IMG/VR virus record: IMGVR_UViG_3300046616_000431
Span: 48,363 to 112,362 of that record
Source of the DNA: a virus
Length of the DNA: 64,000 nucleotides
Direction: 5' to 3' (one strand)
Shown here: one piece after another, positions 49,499-58,092 of the stretch
How the letters are laid out: each line of letters starts with the position of its first letter
How positions within the stretch are numbered: position 1 is the stretch's first letter
Made by a program: the position numbers and the translations under genes
Notes under the pieces: generated by a model
Told to the model about the DNA's origin: nothing
Database searches by the model: none
The model's input: only the letters and a program-made list of their open reading frames with translations

Positions 49499-50064
49499 GC
49501 CGCACCGGCCTGAGGAAGGCGCCGTTCAACAAGAACGGCAGCCTCCTCAACTACATCAGCTACCCGGACCAGGTCCACGAGTGGCGGCCGAACAAGCCCT
49601 TCCCCGCGATGCTCATCCTCGAAGGCGTCACGCGCGGCATGTCCGCCGCCCGCTTCGTCTGGAACGACGACAAGCACCGCCGCTTCGAGATGTTCATGGC
49701 CGATGCCGCCGACCTCATGCGGGCCAACACCAGCCTGTACGGGGGCACCGTCGACACCTGGTGGATGGTGCAGAAGCGCGGCAAGAACTACGGCGTCCGC
49801 CTCGCCACCAACGACGACCTCAAGTACGCCGGACACATCTCCGGCCCCTCGGCCGACTGCCCCGCCTGCGACGGCGTCACCTACGCGTACGAGAGCTGGT
49901 GCCCGCTCCCGCCGACCGCCGACAAGCCGCACCAGTTCCGCCACGATGCGCTCCACACCGGGCGATGCCTCTGCGGCGAGGTGATGAAGCACCACGTGCA
50001 CGGCCTGTGCACCTGCAGCCCCGAGGACAACACCGCCTGCAGCACCGCCAACAGCCAGGGCTGA
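49495..50064 (+). CDS. Hypothetical protein, paralogue of previous gene, Cys/His-rich tail
   Basis: 'EWRPN.PF.A.L...KRGKNYGV'. Confidence 0.7.
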   Translation: MSRTGLRKAPFNKNGSLLNYISYPDQVHEWRPNKPFPAMLILEGVTRGMSAARFVWNDDKHRRFEMFMADAADLMRANTSLYGGTVDTWWMVQKRGKNYGVRLATNDDLKYAGHISGPSADCPACDGVTYAYESWCPLPPTADKPHQFRHDALHTGRCLCGEVMKHHVHGLCTCSPEDNTACSTANSQG

Positions 50065-50105
50065 CCGCCAACAGCCATCACCCTCCGACCGCCAACGGAG
50101 ATCCC

Positions 50106-50732
50106 ATGAACCAACTCGCCATCCCCGGCCTGGACGACCTGACCCCCCGCAAGGGCTGGACCCCGCCCCAGGCCCCGGGTGACTTCGCCTACGGCACCGT
50201 CCAGGCCTTCGACCAGGCCCTCGCCAACACCGGCATGGTCGTGGTCAAGTCCAACGAAGCTGGCATCCACCTGCTGCTCACCACCCTGATCCGGCCGCCC
50301 GCCGACGTTCAGGAGATCAAGAGCCACGAGGGCAACTACGCCCGCGCCGACAGCCTTTACGCAGCCGTGTGCCGCAACCGCTCCGGCTTCGCCGCCAACG
50401 CCGACGCCGTGGTGTACGAGCGCCCGCCGGTGTCCGGCATGCGCACCGAGTCCATCACCCTCGCCGGACGCGAGATCCACCGCGCCACCGGCGGCCAGGC
50501 CGTCCTCGTCGACAACCGCCACGCCAAGTCGGTCATCGTCGGCACCGCCGGATCGAGCAGGAAGAAGGTCACCAAAGCGCACGTCAAGGCGGCCGTCGAG
50601 CGCTACGTCGTCCCGCCCGCCGACCAGGGCAAGACGATGCCGTGGAACGAACACGTGCGTGACGCCGTCCTGCTGGCCCTGACCTGGCTCTACGACGAGA
50701 AGATCCGCCAGAACCTGGAGGCCGCAGCGTGA
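50106..50732 (+). CDS. RuvC-like resolvase
   Basis: 'AFDQALANTG','VYERP','K..V','H..DA' RNase H-fold acidic residues. Confidence 0.75.
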   Translation: MNQLAIPGLDDLTPRKGWTPPQAPGDFAYGTVQAFDQALANTGMVVVKSNEAGIHLLLTTLIRPPADVQEIKSHEGNYARADSLYAAVCRNRSGFAANADAVVYERPPVSGMRTESITLAGREIHRATGGQAVLVDNRHAKSVIVGTAGSSRKKVTKAHVKAAVERYVVPPADQGKTMPWNEHVRDAVLLALTWLYDEKIRQNLEAAA

Positions 50733-51424
50733 GCACCGAGACACTCGACGACGCCCAGGCCGTCGACCAGGCGCACCGCGTCATCGGCGAGATAGCCCGC
50801 GAGGCCGACGAGCCGCTGGCCGTGGACATCGACCCGGACCGCACCCGCGAGACCTCCACGACCGGCTTCGCCCGCATGCGCACCGACTGGCGCCCCGGCG
50901 AGGGCGCGGAGATCCTCGGCATCGTCCAGCAGGCCCAGGGCATCATCCACCGGACCTTCCCCGACGCCTACCTGATCATGAACGAGCTGTGGGAGCTGGT
51001 CCGCGAACCCGTCGTCAACCAGCAGACCGGAGAGATCGTCACTGACATCTTCGGATGGCCCCAGTGGGAGAAGCTCCCCTCCGGCGCCTACGCCGAGGAC
51101 TACACCCGCCTCACCGCGCGGGAGAAGGAAGACTTCCTGCTCCGCATCACCACCGGCCTGCTGGAGTGGGAGCAGAAGGCGTCCTCTGTGTGGCTGGAGG
51201 CCATGCTGGCCAAGGGTCGCTGGGAGGAGGCCATGGCCACCGGCTTCACCGCCCCCATGCAGGGACGGACCACCGTCGAGGACCGCACCCAGCGCGGCCG
51301 GGTGTACGCGGCCGAGGACCGCTACCACGCCATCTTCCGGGCCGCCGTGAGCCGCTCTGCAGAGCAGCTCGTGCGCTCACTCGAAAGGCTTGGCCAAAGG
51401 TTGAAGGACTCGCTGACAGCATGA
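50729..51424 (+). CDS. Hypothetical helical protein (231 aa)
   Basis: GGAGG RBS, coupled. Confidence 0.7.
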   Translation: MSTETLDDAQAVDQAHRVIGEIAREADEPLAVDIDPDRTRETSTTGFARMRTDWRPGEGAEILGIVQQAQGIIHRTFPDAYLIMNELWELVREPVVNQQTGEIVTDIFGWPQWEKLPSGAYAEDYTRLTAREKEDFLLRITTGLLEWEQKASSVWLEAMLAKGRWEEAMATGFTAPMQGRTTVEDRTQRGRVYAAEDRYHAIFRAAVSRSAEQLVRSLERLGQRLKDSLTA

Positions 51425-51612
51425 GCGAGGAGAAGCCGCAGGCCGAACACCCTGACCCCACCGTGGTCACGATGACCGAAGAGGACCGCAGGTTCCTCAT
51501 GTTCGCCCTTGACCAGGCGGCCGACGAGATGTGCCACCGGGACGGGTTCAACGACGAGGACTGGGCCCTCCTGGAGCGCTGGCGCCACCTGACGGACCCG
51601 CCGACGACCTGA
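51421..51612 (+). CDS. Small hypothetical protein
   Basis: ATGA overlap, 63 aa. Confidence 0.5.
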   Translation: MSEEKPQAEHPDPTVVTMTEEDRRFLMFALDQAADEMCHRDGFNDEDWALLERWRHLTDPPTT

Positions 51613-51762
51613 CTCCTGTCCGGCGGCAAAGTTCGAACGACGAATTAGTGGAACCGTCTGCAGACACCATCCTATGCTGTGGAAAAATCCGGCGATCTTT
51701 GCCCGCCAAGAAGGTCGTCGGAGACGTGACCGCCACACGTCAGCGCAAAGGAACCCGCCTGC

Positions 51763-52149
51763 ATGACAATTTCCGTGCGCACGCTCAGGGAACTGTTCCG
51801 GCACCTCCAGGCATGGAATGCCCTCTACGAAACAGAGGGTAAGGACACCATCACTGGACCGGACGGCACCGAGTACTGCATCCACGACATCGTCCGCCTC
51901 TACGAAACGGCCATTAACGGGCGCGGAGAAAAGGGGAAGCATCTCCTTTCTCCGCGCCAGCGTGAGGCCATTCAGCTGTTCCTCATCGAGAACAAGGCCG
52001 AGCGCGAAGTCGCCCGCATCATGGGCGTCTCCGAGGACAACCCGGTCGCCTCCTACGCCACCCAGGGCCTGTTCCGCCTCAACGAGCTGATCGAGTCCGG
52101 CGCTGTGCCCGGCAACGGCCACTACGCCCTGCTGGAGGCCGCAGCGTGA
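51763..52149 (+). CDS. Sigma-70 region-4-like HTH transcription factor
   Basis: 'LSPRQREAIQL......EREVARIMGVS'. Confidence 0.7.
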   Translation: MTISVRTLRELFRHLQAWNALYETEGKDTITGPDGTEYCIHDIVRLYETAINGRGEKGKHLLSPRQREAIQLFLIENKAEREVARIMGVSEDNPVASYATQGLFRLNELIESGAVPGNGHYALLEAAA

Positions 52150-52439
52150 ACCGCGTACGCCACGGTGTCGACCCGGAGCTGGAGGCCGCCGCCGACGAGC
52201 TGCTCAAGCAGTCCTTCCTTGAGGACCCCGACCCCGACGAGAAGTCCCTGATCCTCACCAAGTACATGCTCCAGAACCGCTACAAGCGTGAGGTCTACAC
52301 CTCCGAGGGAACCCCCGACGGCGCCGTCCGCCGGGGCGCCTTCCATCGGGCCCTGAACGGCAAGCACCTGCACCTCAACGCCATCGAGGGGGTCGCGGCG
52401 CCCCAGCACCGCATCCCCCGGACTGCGGTGGACGAGTGA
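52146..52439 (+). CDS. Hypothetical protein (97 aa)
   Basis: GGAGG RBS, GTGA overlaps. Confidence 0.6.
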   Translation: MNRVRHGVDPELEAAADELLKQSFLEDPDPDEKSLILTKYMLQNRYKREVYTSEGTPDGAVRRGAFHRALNGKHLHLNAIEGVAAPQHRIPRTAVDE

Positions 52440-53086
52440 GCGACAACCTGCCCGCCACGGTCGACCCGGACGACGACGGCCCCTCCAGCCTGGTCATGGT
52501 CCGAGTCGGCGGCCGTACGGTCCCGGCCAAGACCGCGACCCGCTGCCGCGTCTGCCAGTCCCCGCACCGCGTACAGATCGAGAAGTGGATCCTGGAGGCG
52601 TACACCCGCCCCACGATCCTGGCGCACCTGTCAGACATGGAGCCCGGCCCTCTGGGCCACCCCTCCGAGAAGTCGCTGCGCCTGCATGTCGACAAGCACA
52701 TGTCCCTGGGCGACCGCGCCCAGGCCGCCATCCTCGCCCGCCGTGCCGAACAGCTCGGCGAGGAGCTTGAAAAATATGGCGGACGCGTAGCAGACCACCT
52801 CTCCGCCCTGGATATCGTGGTTCTACGGGGTTTCGATGCGCTGCAGCGCGGCGAGATCAAGGTCGACGCCGCCACCCTCATGAAGGCGATCGACCTCAAG
52901 CACAAAATCGAGTCCTCGGTCGACGGGGGAGTGGACGCCAACATCTGGCGCGACGCCCTCATGGAGTACATGCGCATCGCCCTCGGTTTCATCCCGACGG
53001 ACAGACGCAGGGAATTTTCCGCCGCCCTCAACGCGAGTCCTATCCTCGCCGCCCTTTCGAAGAACGCACAGAATCCGTCACATTAA
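52436..53086 (+). CDS. Possible terminase small subunit / Zn-finger HTH protein
   Basis: 'CRVC..PHR..IE...S...H...H' N-terminus plus helical C-terminus; 2.5 kb upstream of terL. Confidence 0.45.
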   Translation: MSDNLPATVDPDDDGPSSLVMVRVGGRTVPAKTATRCRVCQSPHRVQIEKWILEAYTRPTILAHLSDMEPGPLGHPSEKSLRLHVDKHMSLGDRAQAAILARRAEQLGEELEKYGGRVADHLSALDIVVLRGFDALQRGEIKVDAATLMKAIDLKHKIESSVDGGVDANIWRDALMEYMRIALGFIPTDRRREFSAALNASPILAALSKNAQNPSH

Positions 53087-53142
53087 TAAATCCGGACCGC
53101 CACTGGATTTACTCCTTCCCGCCAAGAGGAGAACACCACATC

Positions 53143-54147
53143 ATGTTCCTGCGTGAGCCCGCCACACGTACCCTCGCCGACGTCTACGTCGACTGGAGGA
53201 GCCACGACCGCAGCTGGAACTCCGACGCCTGCGTCCCCGAGGCCGACTTCCAGAAGGAGATCGGCACCTCGCCGACCATCTCCCTGGGCGACCACGAGAT
53301 CGCCCTGGACGACGAGGCCATCGAGCAGCTGTGCTCCTTCTACGAGATCCCCCGCGCGTTCTTCGGCCGCCTGACCCGCGCCGAGCAGCACTTCGTCATG
53401 AACTCCCGGATCCAGCACACCGGCGGCGAAGTCACCATCGAGTACAACGACAAGGGCATCACCGACGTCCGCAAGCCCAGCCAGCCACGCCTGGACGTCG
53501 AGCAGTTCGCCCGCATCGCCCACCGGATCTTCCCCTCCCACGCCCATGTCCTGGACGACTGGTTCACCCCCGACGACCTCCGCCTCGACGTCATCAACCC
53601 GCTGCCCACCGTCGGCGTCGGCGGCCCGGTCTACGGCGGCATCCGCTTCGCCCAGAACCGCAAGCAGAACCTCGCGCCGACGGTGAACCCGATCCTCTTC
53701 CACGCGGACACCACCACCGTCATCCAGGTCCCGGACTGGTCCCTGAAGATCGACGCCCGAGGCGTGTCCATCGAGAAGATCGCCGAGCGCCTGGAAGCCG
53801 AAGCCCTGCGTGCCGAGGCCCGCCTGGACAGCGACGTCAACCACCTGTTCAACCTGCAGCGCACCTCCATCGCCGGGGACCGCATCACCCGCCTGCACCG
53901 CGTCGCCGCCGAGCACGGCCTGCCCGTCCGGCCGCTCGCCGACGTCACCGTGGCGCTCTCCCGCAACGACGAGCCCACCATGTTCGACCTGGTCCTGGTC
54001 ATCGCCAACGCCGCCAACGCCCCCAAGCTCCTCGGCGACCCGGCCAAGCGCACCGTCCGCACCAAGCTCCAGGCCATCGCCGGAGCCGTCGTCACCGACG
54101 AGGCCGAACGCTGCCAGTCCTGCCACGCCCTCGTTTCCGCTGCCTGA
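53143..54147 (+). CDS. DUF932-like phage/plasmid protein
   Basis: 'A..QLC....IP..FF.RL......N' pattern; GAGGAG RBS. Confidence 0.5.
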   Translation: MFLREPATRTLADVYVDWRSHDRSWNSDACVPEADFQKEIGTSPTISLGDHEIALDDEAIEQLCSFYEIPRAFFGRLTRAEQHFVMNSRIQHTGGEVTIEYNDKGITDVRKPSQPRLDVEQFARIAHRIFPSHAHVLDDWFTPDDLRLDVINPLPTVGVGGPVYGGIRFAQNRKQNLAPTVNPILFHADTTTVIQVPDWSLKIDARGVSIEKIAERLEAEALRAEARLDSDVNHLFNLQRTSIAGDRITRLHRVAAEHGLPVRPLADVTVALSRNDEPTMFDLVLVIANAANAPKLLGDPAKRTVRTKLQAIAGAVVTDEAERCQSCHALVSAA

Positions 54148-54165
54148 CCGCCACAGGAGCCCCTG

Positions 54166-54777
54166 ATGACCGAGAACCTCCGTCAGCGCGACGGCGACCA
54201 GCCCCTTCCCACCGAGGGCCAGGAGAACGTCCAGGACCGCCTCCTCGGCCTGATCAAGGAGCGCCGCGCCCTCGGCGTTCAGCGCTACGGCCGCCCGCTG
54301 CAGACCTTCAACGGCCGCAACGCCATCCGTGACCTGATCGAAGAACTCCTCGACGGCGCCACCTACGCCATGCAGGTCGAGATGGAACAGGAGGCACTGA
54401 AGGTCGGAGTGCGCGGAGCCCTCAAGCTCCACGCCGCAGACCAGGGCCTGTGCCGCACCTGTGCGACCAAGGCGCCCTGCGCCACCCGGGTCCTCCTCGT
54501 GGCCCCGCACAAGCCCCAGCCGCAGCCGCAGCCGCAGCTCATCTTCACCGAGGTCCACCCGGTCGAGGAGATCGCCGTCCACCCCGACTCCATGGGCGCC
54601 TTCAAGGAGCACATGAAGCTCGTGGGCGTCGAGGAGCGCCTGGGCAACCCGATCGACGAGCTGTACGGCATCCCCATCCTCGCCGACGAGTCCATCGCGC
54701 CCGGCTATGTGCGCATGCGCCCGCACGGCTTCGACAACCACCCCGCCTTCCGCAGCGCCAAGGAGCAGACCCCGTGA
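54166..54777 (+). CDS. All-alpha NTP pyrophosphatase (MazG-like) N-domain protein
   Basis: 'ERR..G..RYG..L...NGR....D..EELLD...Y'. Confidence 0.5.
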   Translation: MTENLRQRDGDQPLPTEGQENVQDRLLGLIKERRALGVQRYGRPLQTFNGRNAIRDLIEELLDGATYAMQVEMEQEALKVGVRGALKLHAADQGLCRTCATKAPCATRVLLVAPHKPQPQPQPQLIFTEVHPVEEIAVHPDSMGAFKEHMKLVGVEERLGNPIDELYGIPILADESIAPGYVRMRPHGFDNHPAFRSAKEQTP

Positions 54778-55250
54778 CCCGCAGCAACCCCTCCGGCCTC
54801 ATCCTCCCGCCGGGCGTCCAGGGCTCCCCGGCCGCGTCGGCCCCGGACCGCTTCGACCGCGAGTACGGCGAGGTCGGCCAGCGCAGCGAGATGGCCCAGG
54901 GCGACATCCTCGACAGCGAGATCCTCCAGCTGGAAGCCATCTTCGCCGACATGCAGACCCGCTACGGCGCGAAGGCCTTCAACGTTGAGGAGTTCGAGCG
55001 CGAGGCGAAGGAGCGCTGCCACAGCCAGCTCGGCCTCGCCATCGACGTCCTCTGGAAGAAGGTCGTGGACGGCACCGGCCGCATCATCGAGGGCGTTGGT
55101 GCCCCCAGGATCGAGATAGTCGGCCGTGTCGAGAAGAAGATCTTCGACCACGACAAGAAGGTCTTCGAGATCACCCACGACGTCGCCGGACTCGGCGGCC
55201 CCACCGGTGTGATCAAGTCGGACGGCGCGCGCGGAGGGCACCCCCACTGA
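54774..55250 (+). CDS. Hypothetical protein (158 aa)
   Basis: AAGGAG RBS, GTGA overlap. Confidence 0.65.
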   Translation: MTRSNPSGLILPPGVQGSPAASAPDRFDREYGEVGQRSEMAQGDILDSEILQLEAIFADMQTRYGAKAFNVEEFEREAKERCHSQLGLAIDVLWKKVVDGTGRIIEGVGAPRIEIVGRVEKKIFDHDKKVFEITHDVAGLGGPTGVIKSDGARGGHPH

Positions 55251-55504
55251 TGACACGCATCCTCGAACACACCGACGACAGCGTCCTGGTCGGCATCGTC
55301 CCCCAGGAATGCGCCAACTGCGGCGGGCGGTGCGACCGCGTCCGGCTCTCCCTGGAAGTCGTCTCCTCCGACGACGGCGGCCTCCTCGGCATCCGCTCCC
55401 TCGCCACCACCCCGTGCTGCGGCGGCAAGCGCAGCGCCCCCTACCCGGTCGAGCACCTCGCCCGGCTGCTCGACCACCTCAAGGAGTGCTCCAACCCCCA
55501 CTGA
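55250..55504 (+). CDS. Small Cys-rich hypothetical protein
   Basis: CANC...CC; TGATG coupling. Confidence 0.55.
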   Translation: MTRILEHTDDSVLVGIVPQECANCGGRCDRVRLSLEVVSSDDGGLLGIRSLATTPCCGGKRSAPYPVEHLARLLDHLKECSNPH

Positions 55505-55550
55505 CGTCACGACGTCGAACCATCTGCAGCGGCCTGACCACCCGCACCTG

Positions 55551-55583
55551 ACGGCCCTCCCGGAACGCCCGGGAGGGCCGTTT
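55551..55583 (+). terminator. Intrinsic terminator
   Basis: 13-bp stem ACGGCCCTCCCGG / CCGGGAGGGCCGT followed by a short T-run. Confidence 0.65.
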
Positions 55584-55585
55584 GC

Positions 55586-55618
55586 TGTACACGGGCTCCC
55601 GGGCGCCCCCAAGGGGCG
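55586..55618 (+). promoter_or_regulatory. Candidate late promoter (TGTACA...AAGGGGCG)
   Basis: TGT 55586, AAGGGG 55611 (25 bp), directly after a terminator. Confidence 0.65.
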
Positions 55619-55632
55619 AGGAGGGCGCCCCC

Positions 55633-57804
55633 ATGGCCAGCAACAACGAGGACCGTTCGCCGCTTGCGAACTTCGACCCCACCGCGATCCACCAGCTCTT
55701 TCTCGGCCTGGAGATCCCGGACCCGATCACGTTCGTGGTCTCCCCGCAGTACCTGAACCGGCCGAACCTCTACCCGCGCCAGGCCACCCTCCTGAAGTGC
55801 TTCTTCCTGCGCGAGGACCTCTTCACGCCGTACGACTACCAGGTCGTCGCCGAGTGGGACGAGCAGTACCGCACCGCGAAGACGACCAACGAGCAGCGCG
55901 CCGCCCAGGCCCAGCTCGACATGGTCGCCGAACTCGACGGCGACCCCGCCATGGCCCAGGTCCTCGCCGACCTCGAACAGCTGGAGCTGAACGAGGACCG
56001 GCCGAAGATGCCCATCGGCGGCACCCCGGACCTCCTGCGCCGGATGCGCGCGGCCAAGGCGCTGGGCTACCAGTGGTTCCGCGAGATCCTCCTGGTGATG
56101 GGCCGACGCGCAGGCAAGGGCCACATCTCCGCCCTGGCCATGGCGTACGTCCTGTGGAACTACATGGCCAAGGGCGACCCCCAGGACCACTACGGCGTCG
56201 ACCGCGACAAGAAACTCGCGTGCCTGATCTTCGCCGGTAAGCGCGAGCAGGCCAAAGCCAACCTCTGGCGCGACCTCGTCAACGTTGTCACCGGCGGCCC
56301 GTGCTTCGCCCCCTACATCGCCAGCAGCCTCGGCGAGAAGCTCTCCGTGTACGCACCGCACGACTTCATCCGCATCGACGAGATGATGCAGCGCGGCATC
56401 AAGACCGCCCTCGACATGGCCACCTTCGAGATCCTCCCGAAGGAGTCCACCCTGATGGCAGGCCGTGGACCTGCGTCTTTCATCATGGGCTTCGACGAGA
56501 TGGCCCACGTCGTGGCCTCCGGCGCGAACCGCTCGGCCGAGGAGGTCTACACCGCCTCCGTCCCCTCCCTTGACCAGTTCAAGAAGGACGGATTCCTGAT
56601 CGAGCCGTCGTCTCCCTGGCAGATGACCGGCCAGTTCTACTCGAACTACGAGCGCTCTGTCGCCGTCGAGCCGGACGGCGAGCCGACCTACCCGGCCATC
56701 ATGATGATCCAGCTCGCCTCCTGGGACATCTACCTCGACTGGCAGATCGCCCACGAGCTGCCCCTCTTCCCCGAGGGCTTCACCGGCGACAACGACGAGT
56801 ACGAGAACGTAGAGGCGCCCGGCTTCCGCGTCCTCAAGAACGCCATCCAGACCTACGACGACCAGATGCGGAAGCTGGAGAAGGCCGACCCCGACACATT
56901 CGCCGTCGAGCGCCGCGCTCAGTGGGCCACCGTCATGGACGCCTACCTCGACCCCGACAAGGTCGACGCCGTGTTCGGCGCCTGGGCCGGACGCCCGCCC
57001 CAGTACGGCGGCCAGCTCATCGTCCCCACCACCGAGGGCATCCTCTCCAACGAGTACAAGGGCCACGCCGACCCCAGCTCGGTCAACTGCCGCTTCGGCA
57101 TCGCCTGCGCCCACGTCGAGTACGACCTGCAGGGCCGCCCCCACGTCGTCTTCGACAAGATCCACCACTTCGACCCGGCGGACTTCCCCAACCACACGAT
57201 CGACTACGAAGAGGTCGAGGACTGGATCTGGGACGGCATCATCGCCCCCTTCCAGCCCGCCGAGTTCACCTTCGACCAGTACAACTCCGTCGGCTCCACC
57301 CAGAAGCTCGTCAAGAAGGTCGCCAAGGCCCGGCTGCCGAAGAAGGTCAACGTCTTCATCCGCGACGCGAACGCCACCTACAACTGGCAGGTCGCCGAGT
57401 GCTTCAAGGCCGCGATCAACATGGGCCTGGTCCACGCCCCGGAGTACGAAGAGGGCGCCCTGGAGCTCAAGTTCCTCCAGAAGGCACCCAAGGCCAACCG
57501 CGTCGACCACCCGACCGTCGGCCCGGTCCAGACCAAGGACATCGCCGATGCGATCATGATTACAACGTGGTCCCTGATCGGCGAGTGGATCACCGGCTAC
57601 AAGGAGATGCTCAACGCGGCCAGCGCCAGCGGAGCCCTCATGGGCGGCCTGCACGGATCAAGCCCCAGAACCCCCGAAGCCGCAGCTCCGGACCAGGACA
57701 GCCAGGCCCAGTTCGACGCCCTGCGCCGCTTCAGCCGCACCCGCACCGGCCGCGACGGATGGGAAGCCGGACTGGGCCGCCACCGGACCGGATACCGCCG
57801 GTAG
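55633..57804 (+). CDS. terL: Terminase large subunit
   Basis: 'LYPRQ','GRRAGKG' Walker A, 'QA', 'GFDEMAH' Walker B, nuclease 'HADPS','TFDQ','KDIADA'. Confidence 0.88.
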   Translation: MASNNEDRSPLANFDPTAIHQLFLGLEIPDPITFVVSPQYLNRPNLYPRQATLLKCFFLREDLFTPYDYQVVAEWDEQYRTAKTTNEQRAAQAQLDMVAELDGDPAMAQVLADLEQLELNEDRPKMPIGGTPDLLRRMRAAKALGYQWFREILLVMGRRAGKGHISALAMAYVLWNYMAKGDPQDHYGVDRDKKLACLIFAGKREQAKANLWRDLVNVVTGGPCFAPYIASSLGEKLSVYAPHDFIRIDEMMQRGIKTALDMATFEILPKESTLMAGRGPASFIMGFDEMAHVVASGANRSAEEVYTASVPSLDQFKKDGFLIEPSSPWQMTGQFYSNYERSVAVEPDGEPTYPAIMMIQLASWDIYLDWQIAHELPLFPEGFTGDNDEYENVEAPGFRVLKNAIQTYDDQMRKLEKADPDTFAVERRAQWATVMDAYLDPDKVDAVFGAWAGRPPQYGGQLIVPTTEGILSNEYKGHADPSSVNCRFGIACAHVEYDLQGRPHVVFDKIHHFDPADFPNHTIDYEEVEDWIWDGIIAPFQPAEFTFDQYNSVGSTQKLVKKVAKARLPKKVNVFIRDANATYNWQVAECFKAAINMGLVHAPEYEEGALELKFLQKAPKANRVDHPTVGPVQTKDIADAIMITTWSLIGEWITGYKEMLNAASASGALMGGLHGSSPRTPEAAAPDQDSQAQFDALRRFSRTRTGRDGWEAGLGRHRTGYRR

Positions 57805-57880
57805 CGGCAAGGTCGCGCTTGCCGCAGAGGCAAGGGCGTCCTTGCTCGGATCACGCGTACGTGGCACGATGAGCCACATA

Positions 57881-58009
57881 ACGTCTCACGTATGGGCTGC
57901 GAAAGCAGTTGGCGCGTGCGGGACACGCCAGACCGAACAGGTCGGTGCCCCTATGAGTTGGGTCTATCTTGGCGGGTAAACCCTCGCTCGAAAAACGCTC
58001 GTGAGACGT
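57881..58009 (+). ncRNA. Candidate structured non-coding RNA or DNA cis-element
   Basis: 10-bp closing stem ACGTCTCACG/CGTGAGACGT enclosing several hairpins including CTGC-GAAA-GCAG. Confidence 0.45.
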
Positions 58010-58011
58010 CC

Positions 58012-58042
58012 GAGCCCCCCGGCTGCTAGCGCCGGGGGGCTC
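58012..58042 (+). terminator. Hairpin terminator
   Basis: 12-bp stem GAGCCCCCCGGC / GCCGGGGGGCTC. Confidence 0.65.
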
Positions 58043-58048
58043 CATTCA

Positions 58049-58081
58049 TGTCCGCCCCCGGTCCTCCGTCCCGAAGGGCTG
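58049..58081 (+). promoter_or_regulatory. Candidate late promoter (TGTCCG...AAGGGCTG)
   Basis: TGT 58049, AAGGG 58074 (25 bp), directly after a terminator. Confidence 0.6.
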
Positions 58082-58092
58082 GAGGTGCAAGG

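Noticed and set aside
54514-54537. (CCGCAG)n repeat encoding PQPQPQPQ
   Set aside because: Short in-frame low-complexity linker with no evidence of phase variation
39794-57804. Inteins or introns in DnaE, RecA or TerL
   Set aside because: No intein-like termini or homing-endonuclease motifs recognised; lengths are near normal
57890-57955. tRNA gene (cloverleaf-like fold)
   Set aside because: No TTC T-loop, no 7-nt anticodon loop, no CCA; kept only as a generic structured element
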